This document shows, piece by piece, positions 19,709-29,788 of a stretch of 64,000 bases of DNA. Made by a program: the position numbers and the translations under genes. The notes beneath the pieces are model-generated. The model was not told where the DNA came from, did not search any database, and was given only the letters and a program-made list of their open reading frames with translations. Within the stretch, counting starts at the first letter, position 1. Each line of letters opens with the position of its first letter. The DNA comes from Obrimoposthia wandeli (Eukaryota), in the NCBI GenBank assembly GCA_977020255.1, contig CDROCS010002735.1:124001-188000 (forward strand), in the 5' to 3' direction.

Positions 19709-22700
19709 TTATTCTAATACGGTGACAAATTCACCAACGACTCGCATATTTTCACAATCATCTTCATGAAGGACAATATCTTTAAATACTGGGTCAGTGG
19801 AATTGGGCTTAAGTAAAATAACAGAATGCTGCCACTCACCATCATCAGAGGCTATTTTTCACTAGCATATGTTTTAACCGTAAATGATGAATTATAATCT
19901 TCATCATTTTTTCCATAATTTTCAACAAGTACAATTTTACCGTTTCGTGAACCACCACGAGATTCTTTAAATAGACAAACAGAGTTATTCCCAATTCTAC
20001 GGTTCATCGACTCCCCAATAACCCTACAAGCAAAGTACCTTTGCTCTCCTGAGTACTGAATAGGTACTTTAATCATATTGTAATCTTTGTTTTCTTGCAT
20101 TTCACTAAATGACCCTGCTGCTGCATAAAAGTCATAAAATGGAATAAGGCTCTCTTCTTTATCATCAACTAGAAAGAGGGGTGCGAACTCTACAGGAACA
20201 GGAACACTCTCTACTTCGACTACTTCTTTCTTTCGTAGATACTGATACATTTCGTCCGAAACTGGTGTACAAAGGCTGAAAATAAATCTGACTACTGATA
20301 TTTTTTTACCGTTGCCTGAATTCAATGATGTTTGTTCAACTTTATCTTTTTCTGGTTCAACATCACCCATATAGTAAAATTCAATGCCTTCATCGTTACT
20401 TTTCTTGATAAACAATGGAAGTCTAATATCACCTCTATTACCTAGTATGGATTGAACATCATTACTTTCTAATTTTCGATTAGATTTTGACATCCATGAA
20501 AATTCTTTGTTATTAACAAATTCATCTTCATATTTAGTTGATTCAGAAATATCTTCATCTTTATGGTAGTTAACGAATATGGGACAATGTGTGCTGTTAG
20601 GGCTAACTAGATAACCACCTACATTTTGAGCCACTGGATTTATTTCTACATTTAAGATTCTAAAAACATCTTTCCTTGAATACTTTTCGTACAAACAAAA
20701 ACCATCACGCCAGTTTTCACTTTCATAGAGGTCATTAAATTTATGAATCGAATAGTTAATAGAGTCTTGTAAATATCGTTCAAACAAATCGTGTTCAAGT
20801 AATGCTTTGAATTCTGCCGTTAACTGAAAAACACCGTCATCAAGTGTTAAAATATTTAATCCATAAATTTCATTAAGCGTGAGTAATTTCCCCAAGCTCT
20901 TTTCACGAATGAATTTAAAGTTAAGGTTATTTAGACACGATTCTACTGTTTCATCTGATACTTCATAATCATATTTATCAAATACAGTAGTTTTTAATTG
21001 TAAAACTGTACAAACGCCTTCCTGCAGTAACTCATTGAGAATTATGCTTTCTTCAACTCTTTTACCGTTATTCAGTTCATTGGAAAAGAACTCAAGCAAT
21101 TTTACAGATTTTTCTGAAAGTGCATGTGTAAAACCTTTTTCAACCTTACATACAAAATTGAAAAATGATTTTGAATAGCCTATGTACAAAAATGGATCTC
21201 GTGAACCATATTCGATAAAATCCATCATCAAAGGTATACGTCCAAGCTTATATTTTAAAAGAAAATAATCCTTTTTTAAATCGGTAAGCATTTTCATATT
21301 TGCAGAATCAATTGATGCAAAAATTCGTTCTTTAGTAATGGCATCAAAATTGATGGTGGAACTTCCGGGGATAAGTCTACTACCGCTTGATATTGATCTA
21401 CGCAAAGCATCTTTGTTATATGAAGTGTCGCCATAAAGAGCAATGGGTATGAGGTAATTATTACTATAATTACCAATGAAATCGATAACTGTAAGGTACC
21501 CCTTACCATCTACTTTTCGCAACCCACGCCCCAGCTGTTGTACAAAAATTATGGCCGAATCTGTAGGTCGAATCATAATAATTTGATTCACTTTCGGAAT
21601 ATCAATTCCTTCATTAAAAATGTCAACGGTGAAAATATAATCCAACTTTTCGGCTAAATTATCCGACTCCAACAGATCAATTGCATTGCTTCTTTCATCT
21701 TCCGAATTTTCTCCCGTGAGAGCTAAAGAACGAAAACCACACTTATTAAACAATATTGCTAGCTTCTTCGATTCTTCATTTCGAGAACAAAAAACTAGAC
21801 CACGTGTAATACCGTTATCAGTACCATAAAAGCTAGCATGCTTAATTATATTATCGACTCTGTCTTGTGACGGAAGAGATGCAAAGTCTCTTGTGTTTTC
21901 TTGTACAACATCATCAATTATCAGATCAGCAACTCCATAATAATGAAAGTCACTCAGCATCCCTTCTTCCATAGCTCTATTTAAACGAATCTCATAAGCA
22001 ATGTTATGGTCAAACAGACTAAAGATATCTTCACCATCCGTTCTTTCTGGCGTTGCTGTCATTCCCAATAAAAAGCGAGGTTTAAAATGATAAAGAAGTC
22101 GTTTATATGAATCTGCACCCGAGCGATGCGACTCATCAATTACGATATAGTCAAAACAGTCTTTATTGAATTGATCCAAATGATTTTGTTTTGAAATGGT
22201 TTGCACGGTAGCAAATAGAAAATCTTTATCAAGCTCTTGTTGAGAGCCAGAATATACTCCCATTGTTTTATCCGCTCCAAAAATATCTTGGAATGCTTCC
22301 AATGATTTTAGTGCAATTGTTCGTCTATGCACGACAAACAATAATCGTTTTGGTTTAAAGTTCCGTGCATCAAAAGCAGACAAATAGGTTTTACCAGTAC
22401 CTGTTGCAGATATCAGTAGAGCTTTTGTAGCACCTCGTTTTCTTAAAATCTTAATATTCTCTAGTGCTTCTACCTGCATAGAATTTGGCGATATTTCAGG
22501 TTTAATTAATATTTTTTCGTGTGCTTTAGATAGCAACTTTTGTTTATTATAAATATCTTCATAAGTGTCAATAAACGGTGCAGTAACAGGTGTAGCACTT
22601 TGAAAATCCGAATAAAATTCCTCTGTGATTTTTTCAACAATGCTACTGGTATGAAGCGCTGAAACTTTAAGGTTCCACTCTTTATTTGTAGTTAGCGCCG

Positions 22701-23127
22701 CGGACGTCAGGTTACTACTACCTATAATGAGATTATGATATTCCTCTTTTTTAAACAAATATCCTTTTGAATGGGAGTCTTCATTGGTGGCAATACGCAG
22801 TTCAATATTAGTGAATTTCAGAAGTTTTCTAAGCGCTTCAGGTTGCGTAAAGTTTAAGTACTGTGAAACAACAACTTTTCCTTTAACACCTTTTTCTTCA
22901 AGGTCTTTGAGGGTATTCATTAAAGTTGCAACACCATTTGTTGTCACAAATGCCACTGAAATATAGAATTCTTTACAATACCGTAGCTCTTCTAAAATTG
23001 TACAGAGCACTTTTTGAGGCGGGTTCTTTTTGTTAACCAATAACGTCGGTTGATACAACTTTTCAGAAATTGATTCTTTATCAATAAAACCAGTTTTTAA
23101 ACTTTTACTCAATTCATCTAATATCAT
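19709..23127 (-). CDS. SauUSI-like type IV (modification-dependent) restriction enzyme: PLD nuclease, SF2 helicase, DUF3427 and S24-like tail (frameshift at about 19855)
   Basis: HSKGY..IGSSNLT (PLD), ATGTGKT, DESHR, QQLGRGLR, YSRKDV..LN/PIFVNYHK (DUF3427-like), FYAAAGSF/V.GESMN/FTVKTY (S24-like). The track ORF ends at 19852; a shifted frame adds 48 aa and ends at 19709. Confidence 0.8.
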
Positions 23128-23141
23128 GTGATATGGAGTTC

Positions 23142-23540
23142 TTATATATGGTCTATTTCGAGTTTTTTGACTATTGGAATATCAGCTGCAGCCCAATCAA
23201 GTTGATGCAACTCATCGATTTGTAACCACTTGTGATCAATGTGTTCAGTCAGTGTTATATCCTTGTGCTCAACTGGACAAATGAAAGAGTGCATCGTAAT
23301 GTAAAAGTCTGGATATTGATGATTAACGGTATTGAAAAATTTGGGCTCAATAATATCTAAGTGCAATTCTTCTTTAATCTCTCTAATTATTGCAGATTCT
23401 TTTGTCTCACCTGTTTCAATTTTACCACCAGGGAATTCATATTTTTTTGAAATGTAATCAAGCTTTGCTGGCCCACGTTGAACGCAAAGGATTTGCTCAC
23501 CATTTCGTATAATTGCAGCAACTACTTCTATTTTTTTCAA
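23142..23540 (-). CDS. MutT/Nudix (deoxy)nucleoside triphosphate pyrophosphohydrolase
   Basis: Nudix box EFPGGKIETGETKESAIIREIKEEL. TTG start at 23540 with TAAGGA RBS. Stop is 14 nt before the restriction gene. Confidence 0.9.
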   Translation of the reverse strand: MKKIEVVAAIIRNGEQILCVQRGPAKLDYISKKYEFPGGKIETGETKESAIIREIKEELHLDIIEPKFFNTVNHQYPDFYITMHSFICPVEHKDITLTEHIDHKWLQIDELHQLDWAAADIPIVKKLEIDHI

Positions 23541-23752
23541 GAATTTACGATCCTTATAATATGTTATGACAATTAGGTACAAAGTAAATTGATTTAATAC
23601 AAACAAGTAATGTTTTTAACTTATTGAAACCCATAATATTTCACTTCAACAACCAGCTCAATCAAAAAGAACATAGAACAGCCATATTTAAAGCCTCTAG
23701 GATCCCGCATTTACTAACGATTCTTTCTACCATTCCAATGTATTCCAGAAAC

Positions 23753-23988
23753 AACTTAGCTACGAAGCCACAATCCCCCTTGTATTGCCGCCGGAGCAAT
23801 TCACTAAATTGTCGAAGCGTAGCGACAGGACGTCGCGAAGAGCGAAGCTAGGCCATGGACGGCCTATCTGAGCGGCCGTCAATTTTGTGAATTGCGTAGG
23901 GATCTTTCGGCAATGGTAGGGCGAAATTTTCTTTGGTTCCGTTTCTTTTTTTCGCAAAAAGAAATGAACTCGACGCAGTCGAAACTGC
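23753..23988 (+). repeat. Dispersed repeat R, most complete copy (about 236 bp, highly structured)
   Basis: Left end aacttagctacgaagccacaatcccccttgtattgccgcc. Right end ctttggttccgtttctttttttcgcaaaaagaaatgaactcgacgcagtcgaaactgc. Internal hairpins (aggccatggacggcct). Both ends recur elsewhere in the window. Confidence 0.75.
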
Positions 23989-24063
23989 TCTTAAATTTAT
24001 TGATTTTAAACCTCAAAAAAGACATCAGTTATAGTCTTTTAACGAAAACATATAGAAGGCCCA

Positions 24064-25110
24064 CTAAACCGCCAAACCAATACTTACCTCACACTCTTGG
24101 CAGTTAAGGGTGTAACTCTCACGTTTTTTGCTCACTTTGGTTTTTTTGCTTTTACAACTAGGACACGGCTGTTTCATCGATGTATTAGTACTGCAATTAT
24201 CGCAAGCCGTGTAATAGCCATACTTCCCATAACTTGGAGTTAGCTTGGGGCCTAATCCACATTTTTTACAAGTCAATTGCAAAGCTTTTACCGCAGGCTC
24301 TGCCACTAGCGTAGGTTCTTTTTTATCTGTGGGTGCGTGCCAAACAGCGTCATTTTTTAAGACGAGTGTGTCTGCTGCCGGAACTGCTTTATCCGCTGTA
24401 ATATTGATGCTTTTAGGGGAATCTAGTTTGGGTGTGATTTTTTTGATGGATTGTTCTACAACGCCCTGAGATAAAATAAATTGACTGATACCTGCCATTT
24501 CTGATGGAGTAAATTTAGGCCGAGAATCAAGTATATTAATAACACTCAATACTGCATTTCTTAATTTCATTATCGAATTTAGTTTTTCAACCAAGAATTC
24601 AGACTTAACCAACTGCTTAGAAACTTTGCTGGGCATGCTATCACGATCAATAATTGCATTACTTGAGACCGCACATACATTATCCCAACAACGGCCACCA
24701 AAACCTTCCTGCCTCAAGCCTAAGACTTTCCCTAACATCTCTGCTTTGTTCTCAAAGAGCATTTCTCTAAATAGTCGCTGTTGTAGCTCAACTTGCTTTA
24801 TAGGAGAAGGCATACCCTGCCACTTATCGTTATAACTACGTGTCCATTCTTCCTGAGCATTGACCTTCACTTCTCCAGTAATACTTTTAGACTCGATCAA
24901 AACAAAACCATAAGGATAAAACACCAAGTGATCTATCTGTGCTGTCTCTTGGTTATAACTAAACTTTAGGTCGTTAAATACAAATACTTGTTCATGATCT
25001 TTAAAGGCTCGACGTAAATAAAAAGCCACATCAAGCTCTTGCTTAACTCCAGCTTTTGCTTGAGCAGTATTAACCGCTTTAGTTACTTTATCTTTTAGAA
25101 TCAAAATCAA
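24064..25110 (-). CDS. NERD-domain nuclease with C-terminal Zn ribbons
   Basis: AG..QE..VA.YL, VFNDL, AQIDHLV..PYG..LIESKS, SP..QV. C-terminal CKKC/CDNC/CPSC/CQEC. Confidence 0.88.
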   Translation of the reverse strand: MILILKDKVTKAVNTAQAKAGVKQELDVAFYLRRAFKDHEQVFVFNDLKFSYNQETAQIDHLVFYPYGFVLIESKSITGEVKVNAQEEWTRSYNDKWQGMPSPIKQVELQQRLFREMLFENKAEMLGKVLGLRQEGFGGRCWDNVCAVSSNAIIDRDSMPSKVSKQLVKSEFLVEKLNSIMKLRNAVLSVINILDSRPKFTPSEMAGISQFILSQGVVEQSIKKITPKLDSPKSINITADKAVPAADTLVLKNDAVWHAPTDKKEPTLVAEPAVKALQLTCKKCGLGPKLTPSYGKYGYYTACDNCSTNTSMKQPCPSCKSKKTKVSKKRESYTLNCQECEVSIGLAV

Positions 25111-25224
25111 AATCCATTTAATACAATCTCTATTCTGGGTGTATAAACTATGAAAAAAGAGACTGCCTATTTATATTCTATTGCGTCATTCAAATTATTT
25201 GGCTTACAGATCGCAACTCATTTT

Positions 25225-25395
25225 TCAGTCATTCTTATTAATCATTATCTCAATAGATTTACTGCTACCTGCATACCACTTTTGAACATACAAAGAGCCT
25301 ATGATTGGAGCGGTTCCTTCATCAGGGACTTCCTTATAGCGGACACTGTTTTTTGTTTCTTTCTCGTATTCAAACTTTACTACTTTCTTAGACAT
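25225..25395 (-). CDS. Unannotated 56-aa microprotein, copy 1
   Basis: AGGA RBS, then MSKKVVKFEYEKETKNSVRYKEVPDEGTAPIIGSLYVQKWYAGSSKSIEIMINKND*. The paralog at 42840-43010 differs at about 12 synonymous sites and 1 nonsynonymous codon. Confidence 0.85.
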   Translation of the reverse strand: MSKKVVKFEYEKETKNSVRYKEVPDEGTAPIIGSLYVQKWYAGSSKSIEIMINKND

Positions 25396-25453
25396 AAGGT
25401 TTTCCTGATAAACTAATATCTGACTACATTCATCGCTTCCCAGCTATAAACTA

Positions 25454-25804
25454 TTAATCATATTGGTCATACTTTTTAGCACTGCCCCTTACTTTATCCG
25501 CTGGATATTTAGCGGCGTTTTTCAACATTTTTTGCTCAACGGCCTCTAAAATATTCACATCCAATTGGGTGGCTAAACGTAGTAGATAGATTTGTACATC
25601 GGCGATTTCATCAACCACTGCTGATAACTGTTCAGGGGATAAATTTTGCGATTGTGCCTCAGTGAGCCATTGAAAACATTCTACTAATTCAGACGCTTCA
25701 ACACTTAATGCCATAGAGAGGTTTTTAGGTGAATGGAATTGATCCCAATCACGATCATCAGCAAACTTTTTAAGCTTTACTTTTAAAGCGTCTAATTCAT
25801 CCAT
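25454..25804 (-). CDS. MazG-like nucleotide pyrophosphohydrolase
   Basis: F..DRDWDQFHSPKNL.MALSVEASEL.E.FQW, DEIADV.IYL, KM.KNA.KYP. Confidence 0.9.
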   Translation of the reverse strand: MDELDALKVKLKKFADDRDWDQFHSPKNLSMALSVEASELVECFQWLTEAQSQNLSPEQLSAVVDEIADVQIYLLRLATQLDVNILEAVEQKMLKNAAKYPADKVRGSAKKYDQYD

Positions 25805-25888
25805 TGGGTAATAACCTCCCTAGCAATATCATTACAAACAACAGATTACACTTAGGCATGGAACCCGTCTTCATTTAAACGCTGAATA

Positions 25889-26059
25889 ACTAAGTGCCAT
25901 TCGGAACAGCGTAAATTGATTTCGTGCTTTTTTAGAATTATTAAACAAAAAACACAGCACACCAAGGCAACTAATCTCATAAATCAATTATATTCAATTA
26001 GTTAGCAGATAGTACTCCTTATATATTAATACTTGCTGAACAAAGAAATAGTACTTAGT
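25889..26059. mobile_element. Possible MITE, family B (171 bp)
   Basis: Imperfect TIRs actaagtgccatt / aatagtacttagt. A further ctaagtgcca half-site occurs near 26472. Single copy, no clear target duplication. Confidence 0.4.
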
Positions 26060-26184
26060 TAAACTGTAACTCTTTGTTTTAAAATTATTTATTTTTCTTT
26101 GGTAAGCAAGGATCAATGGAGCAGTTCAAATTGATTATAGAATTATCAAACCACCCTGCCTTTTTCATTGCTTGTTGAATCAAG

Positions 26185-26211
26185 AACCCCGCAGCAAGCT
26201 GCGGGGAATTT
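26185..26211. repeat. GC-rich hairpin resembling IS200/IS605 subterminal or REP hairpins
   Basis: aaccccgcagc-aa-gctgcggggaattt in an AT-rich intergenic region. Confidence 0.5.
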
Positions 26212-26583
26212 ACCCTTGGATGATTTAGGCTCCGCCTAATTCATCTCTATTAAACAGCCTGTCTTGAAGTCATTAATTTCATCTCATGATAAGTTTCCAG
26301 TTTCTGAAAAATACTGGATAGCAATAAAGAAGTAATTTTATTTAAAAACAGCAACATAAGATACTGTAACTAGTTATAGGTTTTGAGGCTATTTTTGGCA
26401 AAAAGCAGTAAAAAACATACTTTTTTCAAAAGCATGAAACTATAGTGTAAAAACAGCGATTATCTATAGGCTAAGTGCCAGGCAGAAACGTGCATTTTCT
26501 AGAACTAATAATTTAATTTTTACAGCCATTTACTCTAATTTTTTAAAAACACTACCAACCTCTGTTTATAACGACGAAATCGC

Positions 26584-26718
26584 TCAATACCTGATATTTC
26601 CGCCGTAGCTATTCACCAAATCTGCTATACAAGATGGCAGTCCTGTATTAGTTGCTGCCACTTCAAACATATCACCTTTTTCACTGTCATCGAGTGTGAA
26701 CAGAAATGGTTGGCTCAT
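26584..26718 (-). pseudogene. N-terminal remnant of an AbiEii-like nucleotidyltransferase toxin
   Basis: MSQPFLFTLDDSEKGDMFEVAATNTGLPSCI... starts 3 nt after the DUF6088 stop and resembles AbiEii N-termini up to just before the expected EKD motif. Stops at 44 aa. Confidence 0.6.
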
Positions 26719-26721
26719 TAA

Positions 26722-27342
26722 TTACTGCTCCAAAATTCCGACAACCCAAGACAGCTTACCGTTAAGTGTTGTCATAAACTTCTTTTGTGCACGAATAGAG
26801 CATTGAGAAAATGACTGTTGAATCAACTTTGATTTCCCCAATGATTCACTTTCCCCTAAGTATTCCAGAGCGACCCATATTAATGAGGCACGCTTCTTTT
26901 CTTCAATATTGAGCCCTTCTAGTTTTTTTACCGCATCTTCAAACGCACGACTATAGCGAAAGTTAATTTGATGCTTACCTATATTGAGCGGTGAAATGCG
27001 CTTAGTTGAAATATAGCTATACATCATACTCATTTGAGTTGACCAGCCTAGTGAATTAACCGCTGCTGCGCCTGCAGGAACGACAAACGCCTCGCGCTCT
27101 TTTACTATAATAGCCGCAACTGTTTCTGGTTTAGGGCCTATCACACCGAAACGAGTAACTTTAGGGCGGTGCCAAAGACCGCGCTCAAGTCGACTAACAT
27201 GATTCTTAGCTTCGAGTTTAGTTAGTGCATGCGATAGTGAATCTTTTGAGACATTCAATTTTGCTACAATTTGACCGAAACTAAATATCGTGCCAAAAGG
27301 CCTATGCTTGATATATTCTTCCGCTTGCTGATAAACAGTCAT
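26722..27342 (-). CDS. DUF6088/AbiEi-like type IV TA antitoxin (wHTH)
   Basis: G.IF, L..L...V.RL.RGLW.RPK.TRFG...P, PAGAAAVN.LG.STQ. Confidence 0.82.
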   Translation of the reverse strand: MTVYQQAEEYIKHRPFGTIFSFGQIVAKLNVSKDSLSHALTKLEAKNHVSRLERGLWHRPKVTRFGVIGPKPETVAAIIVKEREAFVVPAGAAAVNSLGWSTQMSMMYSYISTKRISPLNIGKHQINFRYSRAFEDAVKKLEGLNIEEKKRASLIWVALEYLGESESLGKSKLIQQSFSQCSIRAQKKFMTTLNGKLSWVVGILEQ

Positions 27343-27554
27343 AATTGAAGCCCTAACTTACATGATTTAATACAATTTCATTCAATGGATTGTACATAGA
27401 AATTCAATGATTTGCACATACAAGATAAATGCATCTATCTTCTGAGCTTAAAAATAAAATCAATAAGGGTGCGATCTACCTGCCTTTTGTAATTGGAATG
27501 ATTAATTAGTTGGTAGGTTATTTCTAGAATTTTGTGAAAAGAGACAGTCACTTT

Positions 27555-27904
27555 TCACCACCAAGCGATTAATCAAAGCACCCCGAAAGGCGATAGCGCA
27601 CCCTTCAATGAGTTTATGCTGACAATGATTAAGTAATCGTTAACGCTACTTGAACTTCATATCCCCTCAAAAATCAGCCCCCATGTCCCCTCCCCCTGTA
27701 AACCTCCAAGTTAAAATGCTGTTAGAAGTACTTATCGACGAGATGAACCGCGATGAATTACAACAAGCTTGCCAGCTAAAAGATCGTAAATCTTTTAGCC
27801 AGCGCTATTTAAACCCTGCATTAGATGCGCATTTGATAGAGATGACTATCCCAGACAAACCCCGCAGCCGCCTTCAGCGTTATCGGTTAACTCCATTAGG
27901 GTGA
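27555..27904 (+). pseudogene. C-terminal remnant of a Fic-family protein
   Basis: QAINQSTPKGDSAPFNEFML (in-frame stop follows), then in another frame LKDRKSFSQRYLNPAL...IEMTIPDKPRSRLQRYRLT. The Fic catalytic motif is absent. Confidence 0.75.
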
Positions 27905-28001
27905 GAGGCCACCAGCCCATTATAATCACGCAACAGGGATCAAAAGAGTTAGTGAGGCGTTCGCAGTAGACATTCGTTTCTGGATGGGCACTAGTTCACT
28001 A

Positions 28002-28739
28002 TTACGAAACCGCGAAGGCGGTTAGCATTAGCTTAGTGGCAGCAATGCTGGCCATTATCCTGATCAACCATTTAAATTGATTTAAATTAAGCCGTTTTAA
28101 TAACCAATAACCTATTAAGGCGCCGACTACCAAGCCGGGTAAAGATTGCAAACTAATCAAGGTTGACTCAACACTTAACAAACCCATTGATAGTAGCAAT
28201 GGTATTTTTGCTATATTAATCAATAAAAAAGCCCAACTTCGGGTACTTACATAAGTGGCTTTATCGAGCTTTTGCTCCATGAAATATATACTAAATAATG
28301 GGCCTGCGGCATTAGATATCAAACTGACAACCCCGCCAATAAAACCAATAACACTTGCCATTAAAGGATGGCGCATAAAATTGGATTGAAAGCTGTCCAT
28401 GACAATGCTCAACACCAGCATAGCTATAATCATCAGCGCTAATAGCAAAGTGAATTGGTTTGCATCTAAGTTTGAAAGAAACCAACCCCCTAACAGCATG
28501 CCAGCAAGACACAGTGGTAATAAACGCCATAATAAAGGCCAGCTAATATTTTTTCGATAGCTAATCACCGCAAGAATATCGGTAATAAAATACATCGGCA
28601 GGATAATACCTAGTGCCTGAGGCCCAGGAAAAGCAATCATAATAACTGGCAGTATCAATAGACCCATGCCACCGACTGAAAATTTTGAAAAGCCCGTAAT
28701 TAAACCTGCACTTAAGATAACCAATAACTCGATAGACAA
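28002..28739 (-). CDS. Sulfite exporter TauE/SafE family membrane protein
   Basis: G..TG.SK..VGG.G.L..P, GII.P...TDI.AV..YR, NAAGP....Y, about 8 TM segments. Confidence 0.88.
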   Translation of the reverse strand: MSIELLVILSAGLITGFSKFSVGGMGLLILPVIMIAFPGPQALGIILPMYFITDILAVISYRKNISWPLLWRLLPLCLAGMLLGGWFLSNLDANQFTLLLALMIIAMLVLSIVMDSFQSNFMRHPLMASVIGFIGGVVSLISNAAGPLFSIYFMEQKLDKATYVSTRSWAFLLINIAKIPLLLSMGLLSVESTLISLQSLPGLVVGALIGYWLLKRLNLNQFKWLIRIMASIAATKLMLTAFAVS

Positions 28740-28909
28740 CGCTCAACTCCCCTTGTTTAGTTTGGCGCTAGTATAACGACGAATATGATAGTAAGATAAT
28801 TGCATTAATTTATTAAAACGATAGCTTTAGGCTTTCATTATTGAAAAATTCGCTTTAACACAGCTCTTTTAAATACCTTCTTTTTAGAAACATGTTTGAG
28901 AAATAAATA

Positions 28910-29782
28910 ATGACTAACGAGCAATTAAAAGCTTTTGTAGCAGTCGTCGAAAAAGGAAGCTTTAGATCAGCAGCCAATGCGCTATTTAAAACCCAACCAA
29001 GTATTAGCGCCGCGATAAAATCGTTAGAGCGACAATTCGAATTCTGTTTATTTGATCGCGATCATTATCGCCCTGTGCTGACTTCAAAAGGCAAAGCGTT
29101 TTACACCCAGGCAAAAAAACTGTTGAAACAAAGCTCTGAACTTGAAACTTATGCTCATCAACTTGCCAATACAGAAATGCCACAACTGGCCATTTCTTTA
29201 AGTGCCATGAGTGCATTCCCCCCTGTGTTGGATAAAATAAAAACCTTTTGGAACCGCCATCCGCACATGCAGTTACAGCTCAATACAGAGCATTTGTCGG
29301 GTGTATTAGAACAAATTCAACTGGAGAAATCCGAAATTGCCATAGGCCCTGCGGTGGGTATTGACCAGCAATATGATGTTATTGAAATAAGCCAAATTAA
29401 CATGATCACAGTCGCGGCACCGGGCTTATTTAAAAGGGCTGATAACGCAATAGTCAGCCAACAAACCTTGCGAAACTTACCCCATATCTTAATTTCAGAT
29501 ACTGGATCAATGGCACCTTTCGATCATGTAAATGTCATTAATGGCGGCCAACCTTGGTACGTAAATGATTACCAGATGAAAAAAGCCTTAATTATTTCCG
29601 CTATGGGCTGGGCGCGTATTCCCGAGCATGTGGTCGCATCACAGCTCGCCGATGGGTCATTACAAAAAATCCAAGTGGAAAATTTTAATTCGCAAAACAC
29701 AGTGCCTATGTACTTAATCAAATTAAAACGTCAATCACTCAGTAAGCTGGCAAAATTGTTTTGGGATGAAATGCAACGATAA
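28910..29782 (+). CDS. LysR family regulator, divergent from tauE
   Basis: MT.EQL.AF.AVVE.GSFRSAA..L.KTQPSIS HTH. Confidence 0.92.
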   Translation: MTNEQLKAFVAVVEKGSFRSAANALFKTQPSISAAIKSLERQFEFCLFDRDHYRPVLTSKGKAFYTQAKKLLKQSSELETYAHQLANTEMPQLAISLSAMSAFPPVLDKIKTFWNRHPHMQLQLNTEHLSGVLEQIQLEKSEIAIGPAVGIDQQYDVIEISQINMITVAAPGLFKRADNAIVSQQTLRNLPHILISDTGSMAPFDHVNVINGGQPWYVNDYQMKKALIISAMGWARIPEHVVASQLADGSLQKIQVENFNSQNTVPMYLIKLKRQSLSKLAKLFWDEMQR

Positions 29783-29788
29783 AAAACT

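Noticed and set aside
23624-24107. Three overlapping short ORFs (75, 65 and 71 aa)
   Set aside because: They coincide with the structured repeat R and are typical spurious calls.
25150-25416. 88-aa plus-strand ORF in the track
   Set aside because: It is the antisense shadow of the 56-aa minus-strand gene. Differences between the two paralogous copies are synonymous in the minus frame, and the RBS is on the minus strand.
27905-27965. Possible Phd relic (HQPIIITQQG)
   Set aside because: About 10 similar residues is too little to distinguish from chance.
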